From the NCBI RefSeq assembly GCF_009914755.1, contig NC_060925.1: a DNA stretch of 64,000 nucleotides. One strand, written 5' to 3'. Of the stretch, positions 50,441-64,000 are shown one piece after another. Numbering within the stretch: the first letter of the stretch is position 1; each line of letters begins with the position of its first letter. A program made the position numbers and the translations under genes. The notes under the pieces were generated by a model. It saw nothing but the letters and a program-made list of their open reading frames with translations. It searched no databases and was not told where the DNA came from. The stretch is from the human T2T-CHM13v2.0 reference genome, Homo sapiens.

Positions 50441-52971
50441 ATATACAAGAAACTCAAGCTCCTTGGTGCTCTGAGTGAATTAAGAGGTTTGAGATCCGGG
50501 CAGGCCAGCTTATATACCTCCTTAGGAAGATTTCTCTGTCTCCTGCAATCCATAGGGATCTCTCTAGCTCTGCATCCTGAGGTATTCTCTCCAGACCAGA
50601 CACAAATGGCTCTGAGTATTTGATGCAGCCCACCATAGCAGACAGTTCCTGTGGCCCCCCAACCTGGGTATAAGCCATTAAGAGCTTAAGTTTAATTTAC
50701 TTTGTATGCCAAGCACCTCTCTTCAAGCTTAAAATTTAAATCAGTTTAGCAATAATTTATTAAGCTCCTACTTTTTCTTGGACGCACAGTAATAAAGCTC
50801 CCTATCCAGAGTTCAAGACTAGCAGGAGAGACAGACACATAAACAGAGTTAGAACTGTGTATAATGGTAGTAGGGTATGTCTAGGGTGTCTAGCCCATGG
50901 TAGGTAGGGCTTATAATTTATTTGGGAAATAATTTTAGTAATGCTAGGCAATTCAGAATAGTAAGAAACAAAGACTGGAAGAAAAAGGTTGGGAAATAAC
51001 CCAGTAACCTACTTAACATCCAGTACACGATGCACAAAAATGGGGCTGGTGTAATTGGAGCAGAATTTTGTCCTAAGCATCCTATGTGGTAAACAATTTG
51101 AATGGATATGGGATCCAAGTCTGAGGCTAAATAAAAGCAGGTGGTAAAGATTCTGGGAGACCAGTTCTTTCACGGCAGTACAGAGAGAGAATTCTGCCTC
51201 TCCAGGTGTGGGACTGACTGTGGCAGGTTTATCAGAACTCTAGCTCAACATGTTGAGATACAGACTTGAGCACCAGTCTTATCCAGTCCTGTGGAAAATT
51301 GTAATGATAAACAATGAAACTGAGGCACAAGTCAAGTTGCTTGTGGTACAGAAAGGCTCTCCATGACCATGCAAATTGCTTAGGTTCCCCCACTTATCCT
51401 TATATCCAGACACGTTGGAGACTATGTTTATAGCAGAAGACTAATTTTACACACCATCTGCTGGTAGACTGAGACTAGTAATAAGCCTCCTGTTTAGAAA
51501 AAAGATTGAAATGTAGTCTTGACCTGAAAACCTTGAGATTGAAGCGGTGGGTAAGGGATAAAGGGAGTATCAAGTATATTTGTTGCTGAAACATTTTTGA
51601 AAGTTGGGAAAAGCAATTCTCAGTCTCTTTCTTATGAAGACAAAGGGAAGTTATTTGTTCTCATTTGTCTGAAGTTATCAGCAGAGACACCATCATTCAC
51701 TGCCATTTTAAAATTTGAGGGTCATGAAACAGTTGTGATAGAAACTTGAGAAAGTAAAAAACTCACTCCATTTTTCTCCACTGAAATTCTCTCATCTTCT
51801 ACTTATATGTAGATTCATGATTTTTTTTGTCTCTCAGGAGAGCCACAAGGAACCTGTCAGAAATATTCCAGCATATGCAAATCCTAACTAGACAGACAAA
51901 AATAATATTTGTTCTGTTCCTCATGTGCTCTGTGGGAGTTTTGCCTTGTTTGCATGATTGATCAGTTTGCATATTACTTTTAAAAATCATTTTTCAAAGG
52001 CAGACACAAAGCTGAAATTAAGAGGAGTATCTAGGGCTGGGCTGAATGTAAGGGCACCAAATCTAGAATAAGTCCTTTTAATTACTTATGAATATTCCTC
52101 CTGCACATATCAGATGATCACTCCTCAAAGATGAACTGAATGGTAAACAGCCTCTGTTTTTTTGCTGATTGATTAGCAGTACTCCTATGTCTAAATATGC
52201 TGGAGGTTATGTAAACTGCCAAAGACCTGCCAGAATTCCTATACATTCTCAGGGTTCACTTCTGTTTTTTCTCAAGAGTTCATGATGTTTCTGATCTTCC
52301 TTGCTAGCCAGTTTCTGTACTCTTTTTCACATTCTCTTCCCATATCAAACTTTAACAAAGAACCTCCATCACTGTGGATTCTTCAGACAGGTACCCCTCT
52401 TTGCACAAGTCTGGACACAATATGCTGGGTTACAATTCCTCTTCTCTATCTTCACCTCGACCGCGTTTGCTCAAGCTTCATCATCCCTTTCTTGTATTAC
52501 TGAAGTAGTCCTCTAATTTGCCTTCCTGTGGTCATTATCCTTCCTTCTCCCTCTTTCCCCCAATTTTTTCCTCCTCCCATTCCAGAAGTGTTGATTACTC
52601 CATTGATAGTGACATGATATATTATTATCCCTCATTTATCATGAGGAAACTAGAATTCAGGGAGCTCTCATAATTTGCTCAAGGCCACATGGCTAGTAGA
52701 TACAGTATAAAACATCTGAGATCTGCAAGCATATACTGACTTCCGTTACTTTGCCAGTATCAATTCTAGGTTCTGGAAGCACAAATATGACTTAAGATAT
52801 CTGATCATATCTAACTCTGAGAACCCCACCATGGAGGAGACACTCATACTAACAGTAAATTACAGTACAATCTGGAAAGTGCAAGGCTAAGTGGCAATGT
52901 CAGGGTTTGAACTTAAGTCTCTCCCAGTTAGACCACTGGTTGCCAATCTCTGCAAAGACAAAAGCTTTTAT

Positions 52972-53385
52972 TATTTAATTTTATTCATTTTTTTCTAATT
53001 TCAACTTTTAGACTCAGAGGGTTACAGGTGCAGGTTTGCTACATGGGTGTATGCTAAGGTTTGGGATATGAATGATCCTAACACACAGATAGCAAGTTTA
53101 GTACCCAAAAGTTAGTTTTCAACCCTTTCCCTACCCTCCTTCCCCTCTCTATTAGTCCCCAGTGTCTACTGTTGCCATCTTTATGTCCATGAGAACCCAA
53201 TGTTTAGCTCCCACTTATAAGTGAGAACATACAGTATTTAGTTCTCTGTTCCTATATTAATTTGCTTGGGATAATGGCCTCCAGCCGCAACCATGTTGCT
53301 GCACAGGGCATGTGTTTGCTCTTTTTTATGGCTGTGTAGTATTCCATAGTATATATTTCCATAGTATATATATATCACATTTTCT
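52972..53385 (-). mobile_element. 5'-truncated L1PA16-like 3' end
   Basis: 'tttagactcagagggttacaggtgcaggtttgctacatgg...aatgtttagctcccacttataagtgagaacatacagtattt'; approximate TSD agacaaaagctttta / agataaagggctttta. Confidence 0.9.
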
Positions 53386-54039
53386 AGATAAAGGGCTTTT
53401 AAGTGTTTCCTCAAGTTTCTCATAATATTATTTGTATTTTTATTCAACTAAGAACAAAACAATGGCAAAAAGTTACAATTAAGTCAGTAAGGCTTTCAAA
53501 TGAATTTATATTTTATTAATAACAATACTATCAATGTCCATTTGAATCCACATCTTTGTGAGATATACTATTGTTTCAGTGTAACAGAGAGTGAGTGCCC
53601 AGCCATGTATGAATTTGGGACCCACTTGCAATAACCGTATGGCTCCCCCTCGGTCCTTTGCCCATTCACTGGGAATTAATGCCAGCCTTGCAACCTCTTC
53701 TCATACAAAATACCTCCTAACAGGGTTCTGCACTGTTGACAACTAGAGAGCCAGGATGTAACATGCTTATGTAGAAGTCAAGCAAGCATGTGCCCCTATT
53801 AGACCTTGGAGAGTGACAAGAACCTTCAATTTCTCCTTTAACCCATCTAGACATCCATACACAGAAAACGAAGCAGAGAGAGAGAGAACTACTATTTCTT
53901 GGTGGCTGCTCTGTGCTAGTTATGTAATTTATAATCTAAGTTATATCAAGTCTGGTGTTTAAAGCCTTTTAGCAGAATCTTCCCTCCTCCTATTTAGCCT
54001 AAGTTCTGAACTTTCCCTTCCTCCACCCCCATTTACGTT

Positions 54040-54440
54040 TTTCTTTCTTATTTTTCCCAAACATAATTTGCTCTTTTACATTTCAATGCCTTTGCTGAAG
54101 CTATTATTTTGTCTGGAAAATGCATGACCAGTTCCCATTTTCTTTTTATCTTGCTTAACTCTTTCACACTTCAAGATTCAATTTCTTTTTGAAACCATCA
54201 TAATCTACATAAAAAGTTGTTCTCTCTCTGATCTATGCACCCACCTTACACTTGATCTGTCCTTCTTATAGCACTGAGCACATTATATGATATTCACTTG
54301 TTTACATGTATCTTAATCACTGGCCTATGCTCTTTTTGTGGCTGAGTGCATCTCATTTTTCTTGAATTGCCAGTGTATAAGATTGTGCCTGGAACATAAT
54401 ACACACTCAATAAAAGATGGTTGAATGAGTGAATAAACAA
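54040..54440 (+). mobile_element. L2 3' end
   Basis: 'tgcctttgctgaagctatt...tgtgcctggaacataatacacactcaataaaagatggttgaatgagtgaataaa'. Confidence 0.8.
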
Positions 54441-55439
54441 ATGTCTTCATAATCTTTGGCTGCATCTGTCAACATTGATAGAATCTTTTCTGAAACTTTC
54501 TGCTTTAAGTCTGGAGAATGAATTATGACTTTTGTCCTGTTATTTGTCATTTTCTAACCTATTCATCTGTTGATGATCATAAAAGTCTAGGATATTAGTG
54601 TGGGAAGAGATCTTAAAGGCCCTCTAATCCAATCTTCCTACCAGGGCAAAATCCCCTTTCTGTGATCAGAAGTCATTCATTCTCTGATGAACAGAGTTGA
54701 TTGCCTTATAAGGGAATTCAATCCTTCTTTAGTGGTATTATTAGGAATGTCAAACTGTATCTATAATTTCTCCCTACTGATTCTGTTTCTGCTCTTGAGA
54801 CTATACTATTTACATGTATTTTCATCTTCATGTCATCCTTTCACCTATCTGATAACAGATTGAGAAACTAAGGAGTCACTTGTGAAGGCATTCTGGGACC
54901 TCAGAAACCCACCCTGGTTTCTGGGGTCAAGCTAAAAGGAGGCAGATTGAGCTTTAGAGGCAGCTGGCAAGAACAGTCAAGTGTTTAGTGACCAAGACAT
55001 TGGCAAATGTGGGCTTAACCCTGGAAGGCACCAAGATTCCAGGAGATAGAAAACAACAGATACAGCCTAGCTGAAAGAAGGGGAGATAGCATAGGCAAAA
55101 ACAATGATGCTATCAAAAGCAGTCCAGTAATCTAAGAGGATAAAGTGCAAGAGGGTACATAGAGTAGTGAATGTAAGACTGGAGAAGTAGTCAGAAAATG
55201 GAATCTCAGAGAAGTGAAGTAACTTATCCAAAGTTACATAGCTGGATAGGGGAGCAAGTTGGCTCTAGCAAAAGTCTTTTGGGTGCAAGTCATTTTTGCT
55301 AGTTAAGTAGTCTTTATATTGTCTCACAACACCCTGTTAGCTCACCCCTCAGTACCAGTCATAAAATGATTATTCAAAAATAACTCACTAGATTAAGTTT
55401 AACTGTCTCACTAGAACCTCTGCATTGCAGTAGCCCCTC

Positions 55440-55794
55440 TGATATGGTTTGGCTATGTCCCCACCCAAATCTCATCTTGAATTGTAGCTCCCATAATTCC
55501 ACGTGTCATGGGAGGGACACAGCGGGAGGTAACTGAATCATTGGGGCAGGTCTTTCCCATACCACTCTCATGACAGGGAATAAGTCTCACAAGATCTGAT
55601 GGTTTTATAAAGAGGAATTCCCTGCACAAGCTCTCTCTTGCCTGCCACCATGTAAGCTGTGCCTTTCACCTTCTGCCATGATTGTGAGGCCTCCCTAGCC
55701 ATGTGGAACTGTGAGTCCATTAAACCTCTTTTACTTTATAAATTACCCAGTCTCGAGTATGTCTCTATCAGCAGCATTGGAATGGACTAATACA
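55440..55794 (+). mobile_element. THE1B/C-like MaLR solo LTR
   Basis: tgatatggtttggctatgtccccacccaaatctc...gaatggactaataca; perfect 5-bp TSD ccctc (55435-55439, 55795-55799). Confidence 0.95.
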
Positions 55795-57084
55795 CCCTCC
55801 ATGGCTCCCATGGCTGGCTCCTAAAACAGGTTTATACCATAAGGGCACTTAGATCAGAGTTTCCAGATCAGAAGCCCATCCAGTACTACTGTATACTCCC
55901 TTTTCTATGATGCACAGGATTGTCACCCATCATGGGACAACACATTCTTCTTTAAATATGTCAGTTTACTGTTAGTCTTATGGATCTGGAAGCATCTTTA
56001 AAGGTAGTTTGCATATGTCTCCCCAGTGAGTTTTAAGTTTAACTTCAGGAAAATCTAATATCCATTGTTCTATTCTTATTAGGAGATGCCTCATTTTTCT
56101 CCTTTTATAATACAATACAATTATCAGTCTTTTCTTTTGAAAGAAAATATCTGAGTTTTGCCACAGTTTCACCCCATATCATGATATTCATGAAAGCAGC
56201 CGAAAAGTGACAAAAAATTTATACTATATGGTGCAACCTATTTAAGATAATGCATGATACACATAAGGCTGACATGGACAAATGATTCCTATATTGTTAC
56301 TGTAGGCAAAGGATTCAATACAGACATAAAAGAAAACCTCCCATCATATAGCAATGTCCAGAATCCCTAAATAAATAGAATATTTGCTGGCCTGAGAAAA
56401 GCTTATAGATGTGACCATATTGAAAGAGCAGTTAATTTCTAAGCAATGTGTTTAACTCACTTCTTGTTGATTACTTTCTTGGAAAATCAGCAGAAAAGTT
56501 TCGTTGTCAAAGATTCCAGAAATGCTCCTTTGACATAGTGCTAAGCAAGACATTTGGGTTGCTTTCCATTAGTCAATCTAACAACACTCCCTCACTTTTC
56601 TCTGAAATCCTTTGCAACCATTTATTTTTGTTTAGGTAATAAAAGGAATCTTGTCTCATAATCTAAGGGTAGCTTCAAAACATTTTAGTTTTTGTTTTTT
56701 TTTCTTTTCATATGGACAGAGATAACCTATGTAAAGCATGGCTAAGTATCTGGCCCACAGATAGCTATTAACATTCATTGGCTGTATTTTAAAATAAACC
56801 ACAAAAAGTTCAACTTGATTACAATGTCTCAGATACATTCTCAAATAGCTACAGATTTTTGTCTTACTGTCCAGAACTCATTGTTCTCAGGGCTAAAATG
56901 AATTGGAACTTGGAAACTAACATGATGAATCTCTTAATAATTGAATTATACTTCCTTTTTCCCTGTTGCTTTTGCAGGTCACTGCTTTTCCTGTGTGATA
57001 AGTTCTGTGTAAAATTGTTCCCCTGTTCAGGTTCTTTCCATCAGTATGTAATGGAATGAACATGATCCTTGTCATCATGAAGAC

Positions 57085-57282
57085 TTGCTTTGAATCCTGG
57101 CTATGCCACTTACCAACTACATTGCTTTGGGTAATTTCCTTAACCTCTTTGAGATTCACGTTCTTCCTTGGTAAAAGGAGAATATCTGTCTTTAAAAATT
57201 ATAGAAAAGATTTGATTATAAGACATCTATGATAGAGCTTAATATAATTCTTGGCATATAATATATGCTTAATAAATATTAC
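57085..57282 (+). mobile_element. MIR SINE
   Basis: 'tttgaatcctggctatgccacttaccaactacattgctttgggtaatttccttaacctcttt...gcttaataaatatt'. Confidence 0.8.
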
Positions 57283-60258
57283 TTTTTCTTCCCTTTTTCC
57301 ACCTATTGCCCACCACAACATCCAGTGGTGGTTCTCAGAAGAGAGTCAACTACTCTGCTCTGAGCAGATCTTGTCAGCATGTCTGGTGCCTTAGGACCCA
57401 AAGAATCTCTTTACTCTGCAGTTCTCAGAGAGACCAGTTTTTGAAGCCACAAAGATATAGGTTTGCATCTCAGTTCCCTCACTTCCAAGCTGAGTGTGAA
57501 CTCAGGAAAACCCCTAAACTTTCAGAGGCTCTGCTTCTTCATCTTTAAATAAAAACATTACCTATGCCATAGGTTTGCTGTGCTATGAAGATTAATGCAG
57601 GAAAAGCATGGAATGGAGATCTTGACCATCATAAACAAACTGTAACTTTTTCACTTAATTATTAAGAATTCATGAGGGTTCCTTTGTCTGCCCAGTCTAA
57701 GCTAAATATAGTGGGCAGAAATTTAAAAGAACGCAACCAAAAACCTATTTCCTGGTCTCCAATAGCTCACAATCAGAAATAAGGTGCTCAGTAAATTAAA
57801 GCTAAAGAAAACTTAGGGAAGTATCTAGAAATGCATTTAGAGATATCTCCTCACAGTGCATTTAGTTTTAACGGGATTCCATTGTGCTATATGGCATAAA
57901 GGGCAAACATCTTGGCTTTGTGAAAGATTTTTGTTTCAAAAAAAACAAAAGAATCAATCAATCAAATCTAAGCATTATAGCTGAGTCTTAAAGGTCATCT
58001 CTAACTCCCTGAGATTATAGGATCCCCACTTCAACATCCTCTAGAGGAGACAGAGTGCTCAATGCCTTCAGAGGCACTGAAGTCCTCACTGACAGCTTCT
58101 GATTGCTGGAAAGTACAAGCTCACATGGAACTACAAGATAGTACTCTCCATATTTCATTTATTTAAGTGGCTTCCTCATCCTTAAGAAAGTTCTTTGAAA
58201 GGAAAGATTAAATTTCTTCAAAAGATAAAACTAAAATGCAGAATTTACAAAGGAGAATGCACTATCAATAGCCATGAACTTCTCTTGCATAATATTCCCT
58301 TGCATCGCATTTCACCGTTTACAAACCATATTCTTATTTACTGTCTTATTGATGATCCTCAGAGAAACCTTGTGAGGAAAGTATCTTCACTATTTAAAAA
58401 TTTATTTTTTTTCACATTTTATTTTTTCTTTGAAAGAGAATTTTGTCTTACAGTCAACACAGTATTTCCTTTTGTCCTGAAAAGTTGATAGATCAATATA
58501 AACCTCATTAAATTATTGTATATTGGACATACCTTAGCATAAAAACATATACACTTTTTAATTTTTAGAGACACTGGAAGCTAAAACACAGAAAAAGTGT
58601 TTAACCCAATGACCCAGAGCAAGTGAGTGGAAGAATCAGGGCTGAAATATCTACTTCTGCATAGCATTCTTTTTTACCATTCAGCTCTGGTTCAGGGTTA
58701 GCAGGCAAGATTGCTCTTACTAACGGAAGGGCCTAATTCCTAATTAGGGCCTGTCTGAATCATTTAATTGCAAGAACCATTCTATCAACCAAAAATATCA
58801 CTTGACCTATTATTCTGTTCATTCTATGGTCTGAAATTTCCATCTATGGCCTTTCTATCTGTCTATATAAGCAATCCCTGATACAATACCCATATTATAT
58901 ATGTCTTTATGTATGTACTATAATTTTATGCCCCACCTTATTCCACAAAGCATTTTAGGTGACTTAAAGAAATGTAAACCATAAAATTGTAAAACCAAAG
59001 AATACAACTTAAAAAAAAAAAAGCAAGATTAGAAAAACAGGTCAAAACTAGAGGCAGGGAAAATAGAGCACAATCAGAAAGGCCATGGGGCCTATACAGA
59101 AGATATTCTTAGGTCATGAACTTGGCCACAAATTTCCTGAACTTATAACAAAAATAAAGACTTATTCTGTGGATATGCACGTTCTGCATATAAAATTTAC
59201 TTAAACTCATCTAATAAAGCAAAATTTATTCCCTAAAATGAGCTCATGTGGATCTTCATATAGGGAAATAGATGCCATGGCCAGTGATATCAGTGAAGTT
59301 CCTAAGAGGAAATACATGAACATTTTTTTAAGATTGTTTTTTCTGGTTTCCCTAGAGAAAACATTAAAACAAATCCTGTGAAAGCCAACTGTACATTAGA
59401 CAAAATCATCCAAAACAATCTTGTCCAAATGCATGGCTTCCTTATGATAAATCTTTATTTTGTAATAATTCATATAATTTAAACAGTAATAAATGGACTG
59501 CTCATTCTCTAAATAACCATCCAAAAGTACCATTTAACAAAGTAACTCATTTTATTAATAAGTAGATAATACTGAACCCAGAGCATAGTTTTTGGCAAGG
59601 GTCTAGAGTACAGACATGGTGTTTTTTTATTTGAGGGAAGACCTATATCCTCAAACAAGTGTGGCTGAGCTCCACAGACAGTGAGAAGCCTAAAAAAGCT
59701 CACCTGTCAGAGAACATCCCATATCCATGTGGAGAGCCTTTTAATAGTGAGAACTTATGGCAGGATCTAGTAGTCACATTTGGCTGCTATTGATCATTAA
59801 TATATTGTATATTACTTTTTGTGCTTTATCAGTTAAGACCTGGGCCTTCAGACTCAGGATACAGAAAAATAAATTTCAGTAAAAGAGTGAGTTGAATCTC
59901 AGAAGGTTTTAAGGTTGAGCCTTTAAGTTTAGGAATGAAGAGTTGGGTACCTGGAAATACCAAGATGGTAAGAGAAAGGAAAATATTGAATAACAGGAGA
60001 GTATCACAGAAGGGGAGAGGAAGCAGGACTTGGTGGTATAATGGGAAGGAGGAGGATTTATCAGTGCAAATAACAGTAATGATATTTGTTTCCTGTTTTA
60101 CTGAATATTCTAAAGCTTCTTATACAGGTATATGCATAGAAGGTTTTCTGTCAAGTGTAAAAGTTTATGTGGGGCAGCCATTCTTTCATTTTAGCTCCTT
60201 CTCAGCTGTTATGTTTCGTTTCTTTGATGCTTTCTTTTGTGTTTGAAATGACTTCTTA

Positions 60259-60432
60259 CAAGACTAACTACATAATTTGTGAGGCCTAGTGCAAAATGAA
60301 AATGTAGGCCTCTTTTTCAAAAATTATTATTAATTTCAAACTGACAGCAGACTGTTAAGTTGGGTATGCGACCCTTCTAAATGCAGGGTCCTGTATGACG
60401 GCTCAGGTTGCATGCCCTTGAAAACAGTCCTG
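60259..60432. mobile_element. MER45A (hAT-Tip100 DNA transposon)
   Basis: 'ctacataatttgtgaggcctagtgcaaaatgaaaatgtaggcc...ttcaaaaattattattaatttcaa...acccttctaaatgcagggtcctgt...caggttgcatgcccttgaa...cctg' matches recalled MER45A consensus. Confidence 0.8.
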
Positions 60433-61063
60433 GATTCTTTCTGTTCTCTGGATCTAAGCAGCTGTTCATTAAGTGTTCCTGAATTAGGTCACGAATACTT
60501 CTTACGTATTAAGGGAAATAATTTTAGGCAGTTTTACATCAGTTATTGACCAGCCCTTTCTATCTTTCTTCTCTTCCCCTTGATGTCTGCCCATTGATTC
60601 TGACAGTAACATGTTGTGCTAATGATGACAATTTCAGAAAGTAAGCATGGCAGTAAGGAGGATGACGATCTTTCTCTAGCTCTGATACAGGCTTTATTAT
60701 TAAATCATTGTGTGGTCCTGGGCTTAATTGGACTTTTATGAATTTCAACTATCATATCTGTTAAAGGAGAACATCTGCCATACTACTAAAGGACAGTTGA
60801 GAGGATCAAATATGCTTTGCACATAGCATACGTGCAGAAAATATTGGCTAAAGAGACACAAATCTGTATCATTGACTCTTTCCTGTGAAGTCTGTGCTTT
60901 CTTTCTCATTGGGAAGTCTATTTCATAAAGATGAATATGCATCCATTAAAGGGACTTCAGTCATCAGTGAGCAAATAGAAGAAAATTGGAAGAAACAGAA
61001 GAGTAGTGAAGGAGCTTTGAAAGCTCACACACCAGGCCTGATTACATCAAATTCCAATTGGCC

Positions 61064-61506
<443 letters not shown>

Positions 61507-62679
61507 CTACTCTTTAGGGATTCACAGTCCAAAAATGGCTCACTTAAAAAAGGAGTCAAAGGAGAAAGTGGGGTTGGGATAAGTTGACAGTAAATTGTAG
61601 CACTGAGCCTTTTAATCAGGTTCATGATACATCCAGCATCTGAAGAGTGTATACGTATGCGCATGTGGTTGTGTGCCCATGTACAAATGAATACTTCTCT
61701 GTGTACTTACACTTGTACATGTAATAAAAGAGCAGATAGTGGGAAAGTTATTAAAAGGAAAGCAAAGCAGTCAGATGATGCCAATATGATAACAACGGAA
61801 AAATAAGAAGGGCCGTAAGACTCATTATTGACTCCTTTCATTCACTAGTTTATTCATTCAATCAACCAGAATTTATTGGGTATATCTACATGCAAACTAC
61901 TGGGTGAAGAATTATGCACAAATCCTACCTTCAGTATTGAACTCATTTAAGTTTCTTTCTTGCCCACTAGACTATAACTTTCTCAAAATCAGAGACCTTA
62001 TGTATATCAACATAGAAAATATCTGTGGAATTGAATTGATAGTGAAGAAATAGAAATGATCTTCTCTTGCATATCTTAGAATGCTCTGCTCAATATCTCA
62101 TTCTTAAAAATGGAAAGGGCCACAACTGCAAAGATACACGCTATTTAGCTTGCTCCAGTGATAGCCAGAACAAAATACTAAGGAACTATGCAGAGAAGCC
62201 ATTACACAGGCTTCCAGTCAGGCAGATTAATCACAGAGTTCCACCAGACCCAAGGTGGGACTGCTTCATGCTGATCCCACCTACCTTAACAAGGATACAC
62301 TCTCCAGGTGGGGTGAAGCTAAGAGAAGCTGCCAAATTGGCTTTGGTACATTATTCTTACATTGGCACGGCTCACAGAATTCAGTTAACTGGAAGTTAAT
62401 TTTCAGTAGGCAAACTCTGGTGTGGGCCAACTATGACATAAGCAAACTGGATTCCTTTGGATTATAAGGTCATCTCAGATATATGTTCCATTTCCTAGGG
62501 GCTACAAGAGCTAGTGGTCACCAAGAATCATATTTGACTCTCCTACTAGTTTACTGTAAGCCAATCCAGAGCCAGTAGTGTCTGAGCTACAGTAATGAAA
62601 GGTGCTCAGTACAAAGACAGCAATCAGCTTGAGAACTAGATTCACATCAGTACAGGATTTACTGACTGGTTTCTAATAA

Positions 62680-62850
62680 CTAGGCACCATGTTGAGTGTT
62701 TTATGTTATCTTCTTTTAATTCTCAAGATAATCTTAAGTTTAAGGATGAGGAAACTGAGGCTCAGGGAGATTAAGTAGTTTGTCTGTCTTAGCTGGAAAG
62801 CAGAACTAGAAATGAAACCCAGGTCCATCTGTTAACAAAGTCTATATTCT
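62680..62850 (-). mobile_element. MIR SINE
   Basis: 'gatgaggaaactgaggctcagggagattaagtagtttg...agaactagaaatgaaacccaggtc'. Confidence 0.8.
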
Positions 62851-63529
62851 TTCTTGTCAGTATCTTTAGGCAATGCAACAGCAGGCAAAAGCAATCTACT
62901 AGTGCCACACATTTTCAATTCATTCACATTTCCAGCCTTAATGCATAGTGAGATCAGATGCAAAACAGCAAAATCCTGAAAAATAAGTGTGTGCACAATA
63001 CTTAACTTGAATAAATGTTTATGATAATGAAAGGATTAAGGTGCACAAAGATATTAATATTTAGGGAAATTAGACAAAATTGATTTTATCTATTATAAGC
63101 AATATTGAATATTTAATGATCTTCTCTGTAATTATGCCTATTGGAGCTGCTATGGAAAGCATCACATCTCTGGAGGTGGTTTGAACCATCACCCATGTCT
63201 TACTAACAACAAATCTCTATACCCTTCCTTAATGTCTCTCCTGATCTCCATATTTATAGGTTTGACTGCAGCTGGATTCTTTTACCTGAATGCTTCAGAA
63301 GTTCTTGTGCAAAAATGGACAAATTTCTTTCCCTCACCTCAAACCTGCTTGTCCTTCAATAATACTTATGCTTTCACTGCCTCTGTGAATGGCACCATCT
63401 TCTACTTTAGCCCCTAAACAAACAACTAAGAGTCTTCCCAAACTCCTTAGGTCCCCTTTTTTCCCAATCACTAGGTCCTTCCTTAAATTCAAATTTCTAT
63501 CTTTGAAATATGTACATGTCCTTTAAAGT

Positions 63530-63866
63530 TGTCTTAGTCCATTTGTGATGCTATTAACAAAATATCATAAGCTAACTGGCTTATAAACAATAGCAAATTA
63601 TCTCTCACAGTTCTGGAAGCCAGGAAGTCCAAGGTCAAAGTGAGGGCTGACTCAACGTCTGGTGAGAGCCCTTTCCCTGCTTATAGCTGTGTCCTCACAT
63701 GGAGAAAGAGGCAGCCTCTGTTAGAAGAGCACTAATCCCATTCACCAAGGCTCCACCCAAATTACCTAATCACCTCCCCAAAGGTCCCACCTCCTATTAC
63801 CATCACCTTGGTGATTAGATTTCAACACATGAATTTTGCAGAGATACAAACATTCAGACCATAGAA
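63530..63866 (-). mobile_element. MLT1A-like MaLR solo LTR
   Basis: 'tgtcttagtccatttgtg...ggcttataaacaa...tctcacagttctggaagccaggaagtccaaggtcaa...cactaatcccattcac...tttcaacacatgaattttg...aaacattcagaccatag'. Confidence 0.9.
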
Positions 63867-64000
63867 TATTGCTTATCAAATTTTGTAATTATATATTTCT
63901 TTTGTATTTATTTAAATAATATTTGTTCCCTCTATTAGACTTCCAGTTTTATAATAAGAACAAAATCTCTTTTTTTCCTCGTCATTTCATCCTCTGCACC

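Noticed and set aside
53341-53372. 15-bp duplication 'ttccatagtatatat' (and a 10-bp one near 26521)
   Set aside because: Ordinary short slippage duplications; too common to be notable.

Overview
Primate (very probably human-like) non-coding genomic DNA: AT-rich, CpG-depleted and dominated by interspersed repeats. It holds about 12 Alu copies or fragments, several L1s, three THE1 and one MST MaLR solo LTRs, MLT1/MER21/LTR16-like LTRs, MER2/MER45/MER102-type DNA transposon fossils, and many MIR, L2 and CR1 relics. I find no credible protein-coding exon, RNA gene, CpG island or prokaryotic-type system. The listed ORFs are Alu/L1-derived, low-complexity or chance frames. The most unusual signals look like scars of locally templated DNA copying. 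(1) About 150 bp of Alu-flanking L2 DNA from 40.85 kb also occurs inside a broken AluJ at 31.4 kb. (2) Two short snippets matching DNA 1.3 kb upstream and 1.6 kb downstream sit inside the expanded AT-rich tail of an L1 at 6.9-7.4 kb. (3) Two tandem duplications lie side by side at 33.3-33.6 kb. Several repeat-free, homeodomain/forkhead-motif-rich blocks are candidate enhancers. Repeat subfamily names come from remembered consensus similarity, not a database search, and boundaries of old repeats are approximate.
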